The notes: generated by a model not told the origin, from the letters alone. A stretch of 64,000 nt of DNA from Bacteroidota bacterium (GCA_947475205.1 CANJNG010000002.1:8526-72525), one strand, 5' to 3'. Positions 38,700 through 49,454 are shown, counted from the stretch's first letter. Numbers and translations: made by a program.

Positions 38700-39968
38700 C
38701 TAATGGTCATTCAACGGCAGTCCCCGCTTTTGAAATTCTGTCCAGTTGAGGTATTCATCGCCTTTGCGATGTTCTTCCATCGTTATGCAATCGTTTACGG
38801 GACAAACAATTTTGCAGAGGTTGCAGCCCACGCATTCTTCTTCCTTAATAGTATAGGTATTGTATGGATTTCCTTTTTCAATGGCGATGGATTGGTGCGA
38901 GGTATCTTCACAGGCAATGTAGCACAGTCCGCAATGGATACACTTATCCTGATTTATATTGGCTACAATGTGGAAGTTAATGTCGAGTTCTTCCCAGCGG
39001 GTAATCTTCGGAACAGATAATCCCACAAAATCATCAAGGGTTGCGTAGCCTTTATCATCCATCCAATTATTCATTCCGTCGCAGAGGTCGGTTATGATTT
39101 TGAAGCCGCTAATCATAGCCGCTGTGCAAACCTGAACATTACTTGCCCCTAAGAGCATAAACTCTACGGCATCTTTCCAGGTAGTGATGCCTCCAATACC
39201 CGAAATGGGTACTTTATTTGTGTAATCATCTTGGGCTAATGTGGTGAGAAATTTCAATGCAATGGGTTTCACGGCAGGGCCGCAATAACCGCCAAACACC
39301 GACTGTCCACCAACGTTTGGGTTGGGGACGAGTGTGTCTAAATCTATTCCTGTAACCGATTGAATGGTATTAATGAGCGAAAGTGCATTGGTGCCTGCTT
39401 CAATTACGGCTCGTCCGGCTGGCACAACTGAGTGAACATTGGGTGTGAGTTTAGTGATAACGGGAATCTGAGCTACTTCCATCACCCACTCCACGACCAT
39501 TTTAGCAATTTGCGGATCCTGACCAACCGATGCTCCCATTCCACGCTCTACCATTCCGTGCGGACAGCCGAAATTAAGTTCTATTCCATGTGCTCCGGTG
39601 TCTTGGGTACGTTTTACCATATCGTGCCAGCTTTTGCGGTCGTTATCGGCCATGAGCGACACTATCATTGCCCGGTCGGGAAATTCTTTCAGACATTCCA
39701 CTATCTCTTTCAGGTTGATTTCGAGTGGTCGGTCTGAAATAAGTTCAATGTTGTTGAAGCCCGCTGCTCTGCGTCCACCATAGCTCATAGCGGAGTATCG
39801 GGAGGAAACATTCTTTACCTGTGAACCGAGGGTTTTCCATACCACACCACCCCATCCGGCTTCGAAAGCCCGAAGTACGTTTATCTTTTTGTCGGTGGGA
39901 GGGGCCGAAGCCAACCAAAAAGGATTTGGCGATTTTATTCCAAGAAAGTTTGAATTTAAGTTAGCCAT
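38700..39968 (-). CDS. preA: NAD-dependent dihydropyrimidine dehydrogenase subunit PreA
   Basis: NPFWLASAPPTD, ELNFGCPHGM.ERGMG, C-terminal 2x[4Fe-4S] CIHCGLC / CVGCNLC. Confidence 0.95.
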   Translation of the reverse strand: MANLNSNFLGIKSPNPFWLASAPPTDKKINVLRAFEAGWGGVVWKTLGSQVKNVSSRYSAMSYGGRRAAGFNNIELISDRPLEINLKEIVECLKEFPDRAMIVSLMADNDRKSWHDMVKRTQDTGAHGIELNFGCPHGMVERGMGASVGQDPQIAKMVVEWVMEVAQIPVITKLTPNVHSVVPAGRAVIEAGTNALSLINTIQSVTGIDLDTLVPNPNVGGQSVFGGYCGPAVKPIALKFLTTLAQDDYTNKVPISGIGGITTWKDAVEFMLLGASNVQVCTAAMISGFKIITDLCDGMNNWMDDKGYATLDDFVGLSVPKITRWEELDINFHIVANINQDKCIHCGLCYIACEDTSHQSIAIEKGNPYNTYTIKEEECVGCNLCKIVCPVNDCITMEEHRKGDEYLNWTEFQKRGLPLNDH

Positions 39969-39993
39969 TGGTTCAGATTTAATCTTTTCGCAC

Positions 39994-40065
39994 CAAAGAT
40001 ATATAAATTATGAGATGCACAAGTAGGGCTGAGTTTCACCCCGACTGCATTAATTACTAATTTTG
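39994..40065. promoter_or_regulatory. divergent -7 promoter elements for preA and the aldehyde dehydrogenase
   Basis: TATCTTTG on minus (39994-40001) and TAATTTTG on plus (40058-40065). Confidence 0.6.
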
Positions 40066-40081
40066 TCCCCCAACAATAATT

Positions 40082-41446
40082 ATGAAAATTACAAACCCCG
40101 CTACAGAAGAAATCATCACCGAAATTAACGAAGACACCACTGCCTCCATCACCGAAAAGTACAACAAACTCAGAGCATTTCAACCCGCTTGGAATAAAGT
40201 TCCTTTAAAAACTCGAATTGCAGCTATTCAAAAATTCCACGATTTGCTCGAAGAAGAAAAAGGAAAATTAGCCGCCGATCTCACCGCCGAAGTTGGCAAA
40301 CCCCTTTGGCAAGCCATAAATGAAGTGAACGGAGCAAAAGCCCGTATTAAGTTTTTTATTGAGAATTCTGAAAAGTATCTTGCTGATGAATGGATTACCC
40401 CCGAAGGGGCTACCCGTGAGAAAATTGCCTACGAACCACTTGGAGTAATCGGGAATATTTCTGCTTGGAATTATCCTTATCTGGTTGGTGTAAACGTATT
40501 CATTCCTGCATTAATTGCCGGAAACACTGTACTTTACAAACCTTCAGAATTTTCAACTCTCACCGGATTAAATATTGAACAGCTGCTTAAAAAAGCCGGA
40601 ATTCCAGACGGTGCTTTCCAAATAGCCATCGGCAGCAGCGAAGCCGGTGAAGCTATGCTGGCTTTGCAGCTTAATGGGTATTACTTCACTGGAAGCTACC
40701 GCACCGGAAAATATATTTATGAGAAAGTTGCTTCCAAAATGGTTCCTTGCCAACTGGAACTTGGTGGTAAAGACCCGCTTTATGTGGCTGATGACATTAG
40801 AGACTTGTCTAAAACCGTTGAAGGTGTGCTTGAAGGTGTTGTGTATAATACCGGACAAAGCTGCTGTGCTGTCGAGCGTGTTTATGTTCATCAAAAAATA
40901 TACGATTCATTTGTAGCTGAATTTACCCAGCAAGCCAAGAATCTGAAAATAGGTTTACCCACCGAAGATAAAATAGACATCGGCCCGCTTACCCGTAAAG
41001 ATCAAGTTGATTTTATTGAATCACAGGTAAAAGATGCCATTTCAAAAGGTGCAACGCTTCAAACAGGCGGTAAACGCCCTGCTACAAAAGGCTATTACTT
41101 TGAGCCAACAGTGCTTTCCGATGTAAATCACTCCATGAGTGTTATGACGGAGGAAAGCTTTGGCCCCATAATCGGTATTCAGAAAGTAAGCGACGACAAC
41201 GAAGCCGTAAACTTGATGCAAGACACCGAATATGGGCTAACAGCTGCCGTTTACACCCCTAATCAAGAACGAGCCGAGAAGATTATGGAGCAAATAAATA
41301 GTGGTACAGTTTATTGGAATTGTTGCGACCGTGTGAGTGCACCATTGCCCTGGAGTGGCCGAAAACATTCAGGAATTGGAGCAACATTATCATACATTGG
41401 GATTAGGGCATTTACCCATCCCAAAGCTTACCATTTGAGAGGGTAA
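40082..41446 (+). CDS. aldehyde dehydrogenase family protein
   Basis: AWNYP, FTGS, LELGGKDP, GQSCC, EESFGP. Confidence 0.94.
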   Translation: MKITNPATEEIITEINEDTTASITEKYNKLRAFQPAWNKVPLKTRIAAIQKFHDLLEEEKGKLAADLTAEVGKPLWQAINEVNGAKARIKFFIENSEKYLADEWITPEGATREKIAYEPLGVIGNISAWNYPYLVGVNVFIPALIAGNTVLYKPSEFSTLTGLNIEQLLKKAGIPDGAFQIAIGSSEAGEAMLALQLNGYYFTGSYRTGKYIYEKVASKMVPCQLELGGKDPLYVADDIRDLSKTVEGVLEGVVYNTGQSCCAVERVYVHQKIYDSFVAEFTQQAKNLKIGLPTEDKIDIGPLTRKDQVDFIESQVKDAISKGATLQTGGKRPATKGYYFEPTVLSDVNHSMSVMTEESFGPIIGIQKVSDDNEAVNLMQDTEYGLTAAVYTPNQERAEKIMEQINSGTVYWNCCDRVSAPLPWSGRKHSGIGATLSYIGIRAFTHPKAYHLRG

Positions 41447-41467
41447 AAAAAATATTTTTGATTTCTG

Positions 41468-41496
41468 TTTGCCGAATAACTTTTCATATATTTTTG
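41468..41496 (+). promoter_or_regulatory. tRNA promoter (-33 TTTG, -7 TATTTTTG)
   Basis: TTTG 41468-41471, 17-nt spacer, TAnnTTTG 41489-41496. Confidence 0.6.
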
Positions 41497-41535
41497 CACC
41501 CCGTTTCAAAAGAACAGGAAATAAAAAAAGAAAAC

Positions 41536-41609
41536 GTCTCCTTAGCTCAGCTGGTTAGAGCATCTGACTGTTAATCAGAGGGTCAATGGTTCAAGTCCAT
41601 TAGGGGACG
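41536..41609 (+). tRNA. tRNA-Asn (GTT), CCA not encoded
   Basis: Acceptor GTCTCCT/AGGGGAC, D-arm GCTC..GAGC, anticodon arm TCTGA-CTGTTAA-TCAGA, T-arm AATGG-TTCAAGT-CCATT. Confidence 0.96.
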
Positions 41610-41620
41610 CTTAGAGAGAG

Positions 41621-41655
41621 AAGCCCTTCAAGAAATTGGAGGGCTTTTTTATTTT
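41621..41655 (+). terminator. intrinsic terminator after tRNA
   Basis: AAGCCCTTCAA / TTGGAGGGCTT followed by T-tract. Confidence 0.8.
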
Positions 41656-41719
41656 CCATTTGCATACAATTTCGACACAAACTGTATTCATTTAAAGCTT
41701 CGTAATAAATTACCAAAGC

Positions 41720-43324
41720 CTACTTAACCTTTAACAATTTATTGTCATCGTATTTAATAATCGAAGTGGCTTTATTTTCATAACCCTTTTCAGCATTCTC
41801 CCTGAAAAACTCAAAACCCGTAGATAAACCTTGGCCTTTGGTTTGCCAAAGCGTTGTGTGGAAGTTAAGCCCACGGTTATTGAGTAAATTAAGATAATAA
41901 TAGCAGATGTCGTAACCCAGAAAAGCCATTTGTCCGGGTTCGGCTTGATACTTTTCCCGGAATTTGCGGATGAAGTTCTTTACGTCTATATTATCGTAAT
42001 CCACATAAAAGTTTGCGGGAAGATGCAGATGTAATTTACTGAACACATCCGCTTCAATGTTCTCGAAATTCTTCCATATAGCCTGGCCAAAAACTGTGAT
42101 TTTGTAATCATCCCGTTTATTATCCAACTTTGGAAGCAATTGACTTACAAAAACCTGTTCAGAAGAAAACACTACAACGATATTTTCTTTCGCAATCTGC
42201 AATTCGCTTTGTACTCCGGTAAACGAAGCTGTTTTGTAATTTACTTCTTTAACCAAAACTGCTTTTTCGGGCAAGATAGTTTTATATTTGTTTTTAAAGG
42301 CATTCACCAAATTAAGTTCGTTGGTTTGTCCGTTATGAATAAGAATAACGTTTGCCTCTTTCAGCGAAGTGGCAATATATTCAGCCATAGTTTCGCACTG
42401 ACTGGCATTGTTGGGAATCACTTTACTAACAGTGGGGTTGCCCAATAGTATTTTGCTATTTTGAATCATTGGCGACACCACAGGAATTTTATTTTCTCTG
42501 GCAAATCGTGCCACTGGTTCAAAAGTAGAGTTGTAGAACGGGCCGATAATCAATTGCGAATTCTTCACATTGGGTTTTGTGAGAATGCTTTTTGCAACCG
42601 AAGTGTCGCTCACTACATCATACACCGATACATTATAATTGATGCCCAACTGTTTCAAACTATCAATTGCCATCAAAGTTCCTTCATAAAATTCAATGGC
42701 ATTGCGGGAATTATCGGCTACTTTGGTTTCGGTGGAATCGTTAAACGTGTTTTCATTTAGATAAAATGGCAACAGCAGCGTTACAAAATTTACGGAAGAT
42801 TTGTTAGTTTCATCAACACCATTGCTTGTTTGGTTTGATTCCGGTTGCTTTACCCCCTTTACTTTTAGCTGCTGTCCGATACGTATCGCCACTCCGGCAG
42901 CCACTTCCGGGTTTAGCTCTTTTAGTTCCTCTAAAGATATATTGTACAGCTTGGCAATTCCATACAGAGTTTCGGAAGGCAGAACAGTGTGGAAATTAGC
43001 ATTAGATGAAGTGGAAGCAGGTTGTGTTGCAGCAGGAGTTGGTGAAGCTGGCGTTTGCGAAGTTTCTGGGATTTTAAGTTCCTGACCGGGCTTTATGCCT
43101 TGCAATACATCGGGATTTTCAAAGGTAATTTCGCTGATAGTAACTCCATAAACTTTGGCTATACTATAGAGCGTTTGCTTCACCGCAACGGTATGAATCA
43201 GGTATTTCTTCCCACTAATGGTTTTGGAAATGTTTGATTTCGTTACCTCACCTTCTTGGGCAACCCCTTGATGGCTAAGACCAATCAACACAAACAGCAA
43301 GCATCTAAATAGGGATTTCTTCAT
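41720..43324 (-). CDS. LysM plus periplasmic-binding-fold (PBP1) protein
   Basis: Two LysM repeats (TLYSIAKVY, TLYGIAKLY); LLLPF, EFYEG, IIGPFY, AFLGYD. Confidence 0.87.
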   Translation of the reverse strand: MKKSLFRCLLFVLIGLSHQGVAQEGEVTKSNISKTISGKKYLIHTVAVKQTLYSIAKVYGVTISEITFENPDVLQGIKPGQELKIPETSQTPASPTPAATQPASTSSNANFHTVLPSETLYGIAKLYNISLEELKELNPEVAAGVAIRIGQQLKVKGVKQPESNQTSNGVDETNKSSVNFVTLLLPFYLNENTFNDSTETKVADNSRNAIEFYEGTLMAIDSLKQLGINYNVSVYDVVSDTSVAKSILTKPNVKNSQLIIGPFYNSTFEPVARFARENKIPVVSPMIQNSKILLGNPTVSKVIPNNASQCETMAEYIATSLKEANVILIHNGQTNELNLVNAFKNKYKTILPEKAVLVKEVNYKTASFTGVQSELQIAKENIVVVFSSEQVFVSQLLPKLDNKRDDYKITVFGQAIWKNFENIEADVFSKLHLHLPANFYVDYDNIDVKNFIRKFREKYQAEPGQMAFLGYDICYYYLNLLNNRGLNFHTTLWQTKGQGLSTGFEFFRENAEKGYENKATSIIKYDDNKLLKVK

Positions 43325-43580
43325 AGACTAAGTCCACAAAAGTAGGATTTTTAGTTGCTGAAAGGAATAGATAAAGAGGTTAATTCGCCATCCTAACCAA
43401 ATGTCTTAAATTGAAAAATCAATAAACGCTGTTGCTTCGATAAAATTCCGCATAATTTATCATTGTATATTCCACATTGTTGTTTGCGATTTTTAATAAC
43501 TCAAATCTATGCCTTTATTCGTACTGAAAACCAACACCTTACTAATAATTTTTATTTTACATAAATAAATGCAGAATGTA

Positions 43581-43611
43581 TTTGGAGGAATCAAAAACCT
43601 GTATATCTTTG
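43581..43611 (+). promoter_or_regulatory. rplM operon promoter
   Basis: TTTG (43581-43584), 19-nt spacer, TATCTTTG (43604-43611). Confidence 0.75.
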
Positions 43612-43648
43612 CAGCCCTTTTTGAAAAGAGTAAAAAATCATATTTAAA

Positions 43649-44104
43649 GTGGATTCATTAAGCTACAAAACCATCTCTGCCAATAACGAAACAGCCACAA
43701 AAGGCTGGATTCTTATTGATGCTGAAGCTCAGGTATTAGGTCGTTTGGCCTCAATAGCTGCTAAATTTGCCCGTGGCAAATACAAAACCAACTACACTCC
43801 CCACGTTGATTGTGGCGACAATGTAATTATCATCAATGCCGAAAAGATAAAACTTACCGGTACTAAAATGGATGACAAATATTACATTCGTTACACTGGT
43901 CATCCTGGAGGACAACGGTTTACTTCTCCTCGTAAATTATTGGAGAAACAACCTGAGCGTATCATTGAATACGCTATCCACGGTATGTTGCCAAAAACTA
44001 AATTGGGTCGCGAAATCAACCGCAACGTATATATATACGCCGGAAGCGAGCACCCCCACGCTGCACAACAGCCTAAAACTATCAACTTAAACGAAGTTAA
44101 ATAA
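43649..44104 (+). CDS. rplM: 50S ribosomal protein L13
   Basis: [23 protein letters not shown]. Confidence 0.98.
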   Translation: MDSLSYKTISANNETATKGWILIDAEAQVLGRLASIAAKFARGKYKTNYTPHVDCGDNVIIINAEKIKLTGTKMDDKYYIRYTGHPGGQRFTSPRKLLEKQPERIIEYAIHGMLPKTKLGREINRNVYIYAGSEHPHAAQQPKTINLNEVK

Positions 44105-44106
44105 AG

Positions 44107-44493
44107 ATGGAAGTTATCAACGCTCTCGGAAGAAGGAAAACAGCCGTTGCCCGTGTATATTTGAAAGCCGGCACCGGAAATATAATCATCAACAACCGCG
44201 ACCACCGCGAATATTTGTCTACAGACATTTTGCGTGGAAAGGTAAACCAACCCTTTGTGCTAACCAATACTCTTGGTCAGTTTGATGTGAAGGTAAATGT
44301 AGATGGCGGCGGAATTACTGGTCAGGCAGAAGCTATTCGTTTAGGAATATCTCGTGCTTTGGTTGAAGTTAGTGCCGATAACAAACCTATACTTAAACCA
44401 CATGGTTTACTTACCCGTGACCCAAGAATGGTTGAGCGTAAAAAGCCAGGACAGAAGAAAGCTCGTAAACGCTTCCAATTCAGCAAACGTTAA
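44107..44493 (+). CDS. rpsI: 30S ribosomal protein S9
   Basis: [27 protein letters not shown]. Confidence 0.98.
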   Translation: MEVINALGRRKTAVARVYLKAGTGNIIINNRDHREYLSTDILRGKVNQPFVLTNTLGQFDVKVNVDGGGITGQAEAIRLGISRALVEVSADNKPILKPHGLLTRDPRMVERKKPGQKKARKRFQFSKR

Positions 44494-44520
44494 TCTATTA
44501 TCTATACTCATACAGAGAAT

Positions 44521-45357
44521 ATGTCAAAAGTTACAACAGAACAATTACTTGAAGCAGGTGTACATTTCGGTCACTTGAAACGCAAATGGAATCCGGCTAT
44601 GGCTCCCTATATTTATATGGAGAAAAACGGAATTCATATCATCGACCTTAACAAAACTGCTGCTAAATTGGACGAAGCAGGGCAAGCACTTAAACAAGTA
44701 GTAAAATCAGGCCGTAAAGTATTGTTTGTTTCCACCAAGAAACAAGCTAAGGAAATTGTTGCTAATGCTGCAAAGCAATTAGGTATGCCTTATGTTACTG
44801 AACGTTGGCCCGGCGGAATGCTGACAAATTTTGCGACTATCCGTAAGGCTGTTCGTAAAATGAGTCAAATTGATAAAATGGCTACAGACGGTACATTTGA
44901 CAATATCTCTAAAAAAGAGAAATTGACAATTAGCCGTGAGCGTGAAAAATTAGAGAAAAACTTAGGTTCTATTTCTGACCTTTCTCGTTTGCCAGCTGCT
45001 TTGTTTATTGTTGACATTTCTAAAGAACACATCGCAGTAGCAGAAGCAAAACGTTTAGGTATTCCAACTTATGGTATTGTTGATACAAACTCAAATCCTA
45101 ACTTGGTTGATTATGCAATCCCCGGAAACGATGATGCCGCTAAATCTGTTCAAGTAATTTTAAACACCCTTGTTTTGTATATCGAAGAAGGTTTGGCAGA
45201 ACGTAAGTTCGACAAAGACAAAACCGATAACGAAGAAGACGGAGTTATTGACACAGAAGGAACATTTGCTGGCACTGAATCGGAAGAAGACGGAGAAAAA
45301 AGACGTTCAGGTGGCGGCGGTGGTCGTACCCGCAGCAGACGAGGAGCAACAGCTTAA
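44521..45357 (+). CDS. rpsB: 30S ribosomal protein S2
   Basis: LLEAGVHFGH, RWPGGMLTNF, IPGNDDA. Confidence 0.98.
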   Translation: MSKVTTEQLLEAGVHFGHLKRKWNPAMAPYIYMEKNGIHIIDLNKTAAKLDEAGQALKQVVKSGRKVLFVSTKKQAKEIVANAAKQLGMPYVTERWPGGMLTNFATIRKAVRKMSQIDKMATDGTFDNISKKEKLTISREREKLEKNLGSISDLSRLPAALFIVDISKEHIAVAEAKRLGIPTYGIVDTNSNPNLVDYAIPGNDDAAKSVQVILNTLVLYIEEGLAERKFDKDKTDNEEDGVIDTEGTFAGTESEEDGEKRRSGGGGGRTRSRRGATA

Positions 45358-45376
45358 TTTTTGAATAATTAATTTC

Positions 45377-45417
45377 AAAACCACGTTTGCAAAGAAATTT
45401 ACGAACGTGGTTTTTTT
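45377..45417 (+). terminator. terminator-like hairpin between rpsB and tsf
   Basis: AAAACCACGTT / AACGTGGTTTT with T-run. Confidence 0.65.
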
Positions 45418-45458
45418 GCGAAAAAACAATTACAAACTAAAAAATAAATACAACAAAA

Positions 45459-46286
45459 ATGATAACAGCAGCAGATGTAAATAAACTCCGCCAAATGACC
45501 GGAGCCGGTATGATGGACTGTAAAAAAGCCTTAACTGAAAGCAATGGCGATTTTGAAGCAGCAGTGGACAACCTTCGTAAGAAAGGCCAAAAAGTAGCCA
45601 GCAACCGTGCCGACCGTGATGCTAAAGAAGGGGTAGTATTAGCAAAAGTTACAGCAGACGGCAAACGTGGCTCTATTGTTTGCTTGAATTGCGAAACCGA
45701 TTTCGTAGCTCAAAACGCAGATTTCGTAAAATTAACTACTTCTATTTTAGATTTAGCTATTGAAAATAACCCAACCAGCATTGAGGCTCTTCTTGGCCTG
45801 AAATTAGGAAATATTACTGTGGCTGAAGTAATTACTGAAAACGTAGGAAAGATTGGCGAAAAATTGGAATTGAGTAAATTTGAGACCGTTAATGCCGAAG
45901 CAGTAGTAGCCTATATTCACCCTGGTAACCGTTTAGCTACTTTGGTTGGGATTAACAAGCCAGCTACAGATACACTGCATTCAGCTGCTCGTGACGTAGC
46001 TATGCAAGTTGCAGCTATGGCTCCTGTTGCTTTGGATAAAGACAGCGTTGATACTGAAACGTTGAATCGTGAATTGGAGATTGCCAAAGAACAAATTCGT
46101 GCAGAAGGTAAAGCCGAAGAAATGGTTGAAAAAATTGCTTTAGGTAAATTGAACAAGTTTTTCAAAGAAAGCACATTGTTGAGTCAGGATTTTATTAAAG
46201 ATTCAAAGCTTACAGTTGCTCAGTATCTTGACAAAACCGAAAAGGGACTTACCGTTACTGCTTTCCGCAGGGTGGCATTAGGGTAA
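45459..46286 (+). CDS. tsf: elongation factor Ts
   Basis: LRQMTGAGMMDCKKAL, LNCETDFVA. Confidence 0.98.
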   Translation: MITAADVNKLRQMTGAGMMDCKKALTESNGDFEAAVDNLRKKGQKVASNRADRDAKEGVVLAKVTADGKRGSIVCLNCETDFVAQNADFVKLTTSILDLAIENNPTSIEALLGLKLGNITVAEVITENVGKIGEKLELSKFETVNAEAVVAYIHPGNRLATLVGINKPATDTLHSAARDVAMQVAAMAPVALDKDSVDTETLNRELEIAKEQIRAEGKAEEMVEKIALGKLNKFFKESTLLSQDFIKDSKLTVAQYLDKTEKGLTVTAFRRVALG

Positions 46287-46301
46287 TTAATTTTATATTT
46301 T

Positions 46302-46328
46302 AAGGGAACTTCGGTTCCTTTTTTTTTT
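46302..46328 (+). terminator. intrinsic terminator
   Basis: AAGGGAAC-TTCG-GTTCCTTT followed by poly-T. Confidence 0.8.
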
Positions 46329-46356
46329 GCTAATACATTTGAGAATAAATAACACT

Positions 46357-47064
46357 ATGGCATACAAACGCATACTTTTAAAACTCAGCGGGGAATCGCT
46401 AATGGGGAAAAAACAATTTGGAATAGATAACGAACGCCTTGGACTATACGCCGATGAAATAAAAGAAATAGTTGAACAAGGCGTACAATTAGCTATTGTT
46501 ATCGGAGGTGGAAACATTTTTAGGGGCATTCAAGCCGAAGAAGGTGGAATAGACCGTGTGCAAGGTGATTATATGGGCATGCTTGCTACCGTTATTAACA
46601 GTATGGCTCTTCAAGCGGCCTTAGAGGCTCGTGGAGTAATTACCCGTTTGCAATCTGCCATAAAAATGGAACAAATTTGCGAACCTTATATTCGTAGGAA
46701 GGCTGTTCGACACTTGGAGAAAAATCGGGTGGTGATATTCGGAGCGGGTACCGGAAATCCGTATTTTACTACCGATACTGCTTCGGTGTTGCGAGCTATT
46801 GAAATGGAAGTGGAAGTGGTGCTTAAAGGTACTCGTGTAGACGGTATTTATACTGCCGACCCCGAGAAGGACAAATCGGCTACTAAATATGAATCTATCA
46901 GCTTTACGCAAGCCTACGAAAAGAATTTGAATGTAATGGATATGACTGCATTTACACTTTGCAACGAAAATAACTTGCCTATAGTAGTTTTCAATATGGA
47001 TAAACCCGGCAATTTAAAACGGGTGATTTCAGGCGAGAAGATTGGAACACTAGTGCATAGTTAA
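46357..47064 (+). CDS. pyrH: uridylate kinase
   Basis: [25 protein letters not shown]; ATG at 46357. Confidence 0.97.
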   Translation: MAYKRILLKLSGESLMGKKQFGIDNERLGLYADEIKEIVEQGVQLAIVIGGGNIFRGIQAEEGGIDRVQGDYMGMLATVINSMALQAALEARGVITRLQSAIKMEQICEPYIRRKAVRHLEKNRVVIFGAGTGNPYFTTDTASVLRAIEMEVEVVLKGTRVDGIYTADPEKDKSATKYESISFTQAYEKNLNVMDMTAFTLCNENNLPIVVFNMDKPGNLKRVISGEKIGTLVHS

Positions 47065-47079
47065 ACCTATTTCTGCGTT

Positions 47080-47955
47080 TTGTCTGCTGTGTGGCCATCG
47101 ACAAATAATTTATTGTCGGTAAAGGATTGGTTTTTAAAGGAAACAAGTGCTGTGCTTGACCAAGGCGAAGCATTGGCTATCTTTAATCTCACATTGGAAT
47201 CATATTTTCAAATTAAATCCTATCAGCAACGTATTGAACAAGAACGCTTATTTTCAGAATCGGAAATTCTAACGATTGAGAATGTAATTGTTCAACTCAA
47301 GCAACATCGGCCTATTCAGTATATACTCGGTGAATCTGAATTTTGCGGTTTACGTGTTATAGTCAATGAAAATGTGCTAATTCCTCGCCCAGAAACAGAG
47401 GAGTTGGTGCAAAAAATCAAAAAATCATATCCAAAAGGGAAACACCCCAAAACAATACTTGACATTTGCACAGGAAGTGGTTGTATTGCCTTAGCATTAA
47501 AAAATTATTTTCCTGAAGCCGAAGTTGTTGGTATAGATATTTCAGAAACTGCAATACGATTGGCAAAGCAGAATGCAATAGACAATAAATTGGAGGTTGA
47601 TTTTTTTGTGGAAGACGCTTTAAACCTTAGTCCAGTAATACAGTCATGGAAGTTCGATTTGATAGTTTCAAACCCTCCCTATATTTCTGAATCGGAAAAA
47701 GCCACAATGAATCTAAATGTTTTAAATCACGAACCTCATTTGGCATTATTTGTTCCCGATGATTCTCCCTTGCTTTTTTATGAGGCAATTGACCGAATTG
47801 CAAAACAGATTTTGAATCCAAAAGGGAAAATATTTATGGAAATTAATTCCCGGTTTGGCGATGAAACAGTCAATGCAATGAAGAGCATTCTCTTTAAAGC
47901 AATCAAATTGCGTTCAGATTTGTCGGGGAACGTTCGTTTTTTAATTGCGGAATGA
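47080..47955 (+). CDS. prmC: peptide chain release factor N5-glutamine methyltransferase
   Basis: PIQYILG, VLIPRPETEEL, DICTGSGCIA, SNPPYI. Confidence 0.93.
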   Translation: MSAVWPSTNNLLSVKDWFLKETSAVLDQGEALAIFNLTLESYFQIKSYQQRIEQERLFSESEILTIENVIVQLKQHRPIQYILGESEFCGLRVIVNENVLIPRPETEELVQKIKKSYPKGKHPKTILDICTGSGCIALALKNYFPEAEVVGIDISETAIRLAKQNAIDNKLEVDFFVEDALNLSPVIQSWKFDLIVSNPPYISESEKATMNLNVLNHEPHLALFVPDDSPLLFYEAIDRIAKQILNPKGKIFMEINSRFGDETVNAMKSILFKAIKLRSDLSGNVRFLIAE

Positions 47956-48683
47956 AAAAAATGAAACTGCTGTGTGGACTTTTGCTGGTAATTATATTTC
48001 CGCAATTTTCGTTTTCCCAATCAAATCTTAGCGACACAGTTCTGCTGTCAAAGCAACCCAAGGCTATTTCATACAAAGCTTCGAAATTTGATTTAGTAGG
48101 CGGCTTTGACGATCGGAGTTTATTTGCGGTTAAGCCCAGCACCAAAATTGATGGAATCCGGTTGGGAGTAGAGCTATTTCAGAAGTTCAGATTTGGCTAC
48201 GGCTACTATTATTTGGGCAAAGAAAGAACTTTGGATTCATACATTTTCGGGAAGGACACCTTGCGGCAAAAGCTGAAACTTCAATACACAGGGCCATTTT
48301 TTGAGTATGTATTTTTTGAAGATTTCAGATGGGAATTTAGTGTTCCTGTGAGTGTCGGATTTGGCAAAGGGCGGGTGTTCTCTTCCCCGCAAAAGGCGGT
48401 AGAAAATTCAAGTCAACGGCAAACGGGTAATTTAGTGGTAACGTCTATTGGGTTAAACGGTCATTATCGCATATTTCATTGGTTGGGAATTGGGGCTGGA
48501 ATTGGTTATAACCATTCTTTCAGCCACGAACCTGCGTTGAACAAAGTGCTTAACTCTCCATTTTATGCTATTCGGGTAAAAGTCTTTTTTGGCGGGCTTT
48601 ACCGCTGTGTATTCAAACCACAAGTTGTGAAAGCAATGAAGGATGTATATCGCAGGGAAAGACAATTGAGAAGGAATAAATAA
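47952..48683 (+). CDS. hypothetical exported protein, possible beta-barrel
   Basis: Signal peptide; alternating aromatic/Gly strands. Confidence 0.6.
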   Translation: MKKMKLLCGLLLVIIFPQFSFSQSNLSDTVLLSKQPKAISYKASKFDLVGGFDDRSLFAVKPSTKIDGIRLGVELFQKFRFGYGYYYLGKERTLDSYIFGKDTLRQKLKLQYTGPFFEYVFFEDFRWEFSVPVSVGFGKGRVFSSPQKAVENSSQRQTGNLVVTSIGLNGHYRIFHWLGIGAGIGYNHSFSHEPALNKVLNSPFYAIRVKVFFGGLYRCVFKPQVVKAMKDVYRRERQLRRNK

Positions 48684-48696
48684 ATCCCTAAAGTCC

Positions 48697-49362
48697 CTAC
48701 TCCGGGAAACTAACCGGATGTGCTTCGTTGTATTTCCGCATAAAAATAAAGAGCATATCCTTCTTTTTGCGGTTGGGAATCTCAATGAATTCTGCCAACA
48801 GTTTCCTGTCTCGAAGTAGAATATTCTCCAACGTTTCTACCGTGAAATCCTGAATTTTTCCGGTTTCGTAATCAATGATGAGTTGCTTAAGTTCTGTGGT
48901 GGGTACACGCATCATACCGTTCTGTCCGTAACCGTAATACGGATTTCCCATGTTTGGGGTGGTTACATAAGTGGTAACAGTGGCCACAAAATGACTAATT
49001 CTTCCTATGATGGGTACACGGTTAAAGGTGTTCTGAACATTCACAAAAATATTGCCGTTGTGACTGTAGCCCCACACTTTATCCAAGGGTATTTTATAGG
49101 TCTGCTTATCTAAGCCTGTGTAGCTTACGGCATCTTCATCCAACACATCTTTCAAAAAACTTTCGGAGTTTTTATCGTATTTCGACACGATACTTTCAGT
49201 GGGGACGGGGTCGTTATCCCGAAAATCTTTAAAGGAAAGATAAAATCCTTCGCTAAACACAAATTCATCGGAATACTCCACCTGCTGCCGATAGTAAGCC
49301 GTGTCCTGAGCCGCAGCAATTTGCCCCAACAGTAGTATTCCCAAAAATAAAATTACCCGCAT
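48697..49362 (-). CDS. hypothetical exported protein
   Basis: ATG at 49362 gives signal peptide MRVILFLGILLLGQIAAA. Confidence 0.65.
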   Translation of the reverse strand: MRVILFLGILLLGQIAAAQDTAYYRQQVEYSDEFVFSEGFYLSFKDFRDNDPVPTESIVSKYDKNSESFLKDVLDEDAVSYTGLDKQTYKIPLDKVWGYSHNGNIFVNVQNTFNRVPIIGRISHFVATVTTYVTTPNMGNPYYGYGQNGMMRVPTTELKQLIIDYETGKIQDFTVETLENILLRDRKLLAEFIEIPNRKKKDMLFIFMRKYNEAHPVSFPE

Positions 49363-49454
49363 AGTGTGCCTGTTGGAGATGCAAATATATTGCAAGCCAT
49401 CGGGCAGGGTGGTTTATTCCGAAAAAAACTACTTTCGCTCCATCAATTTCAATT

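Noticed and set aside
41536-41720. tRNA-Asn as an occupied prophage or island attachment site
   Set aside because: No integrase and no duplicated tRNA 3' end noticed; the flanking genes are housekeeping.
45200-47955. Charged C-terminal tail of S2, and prmC rather than frr after pyrH
   Set aside because: S2 tails and gene order here vary commonly between lineages; not informative alone.
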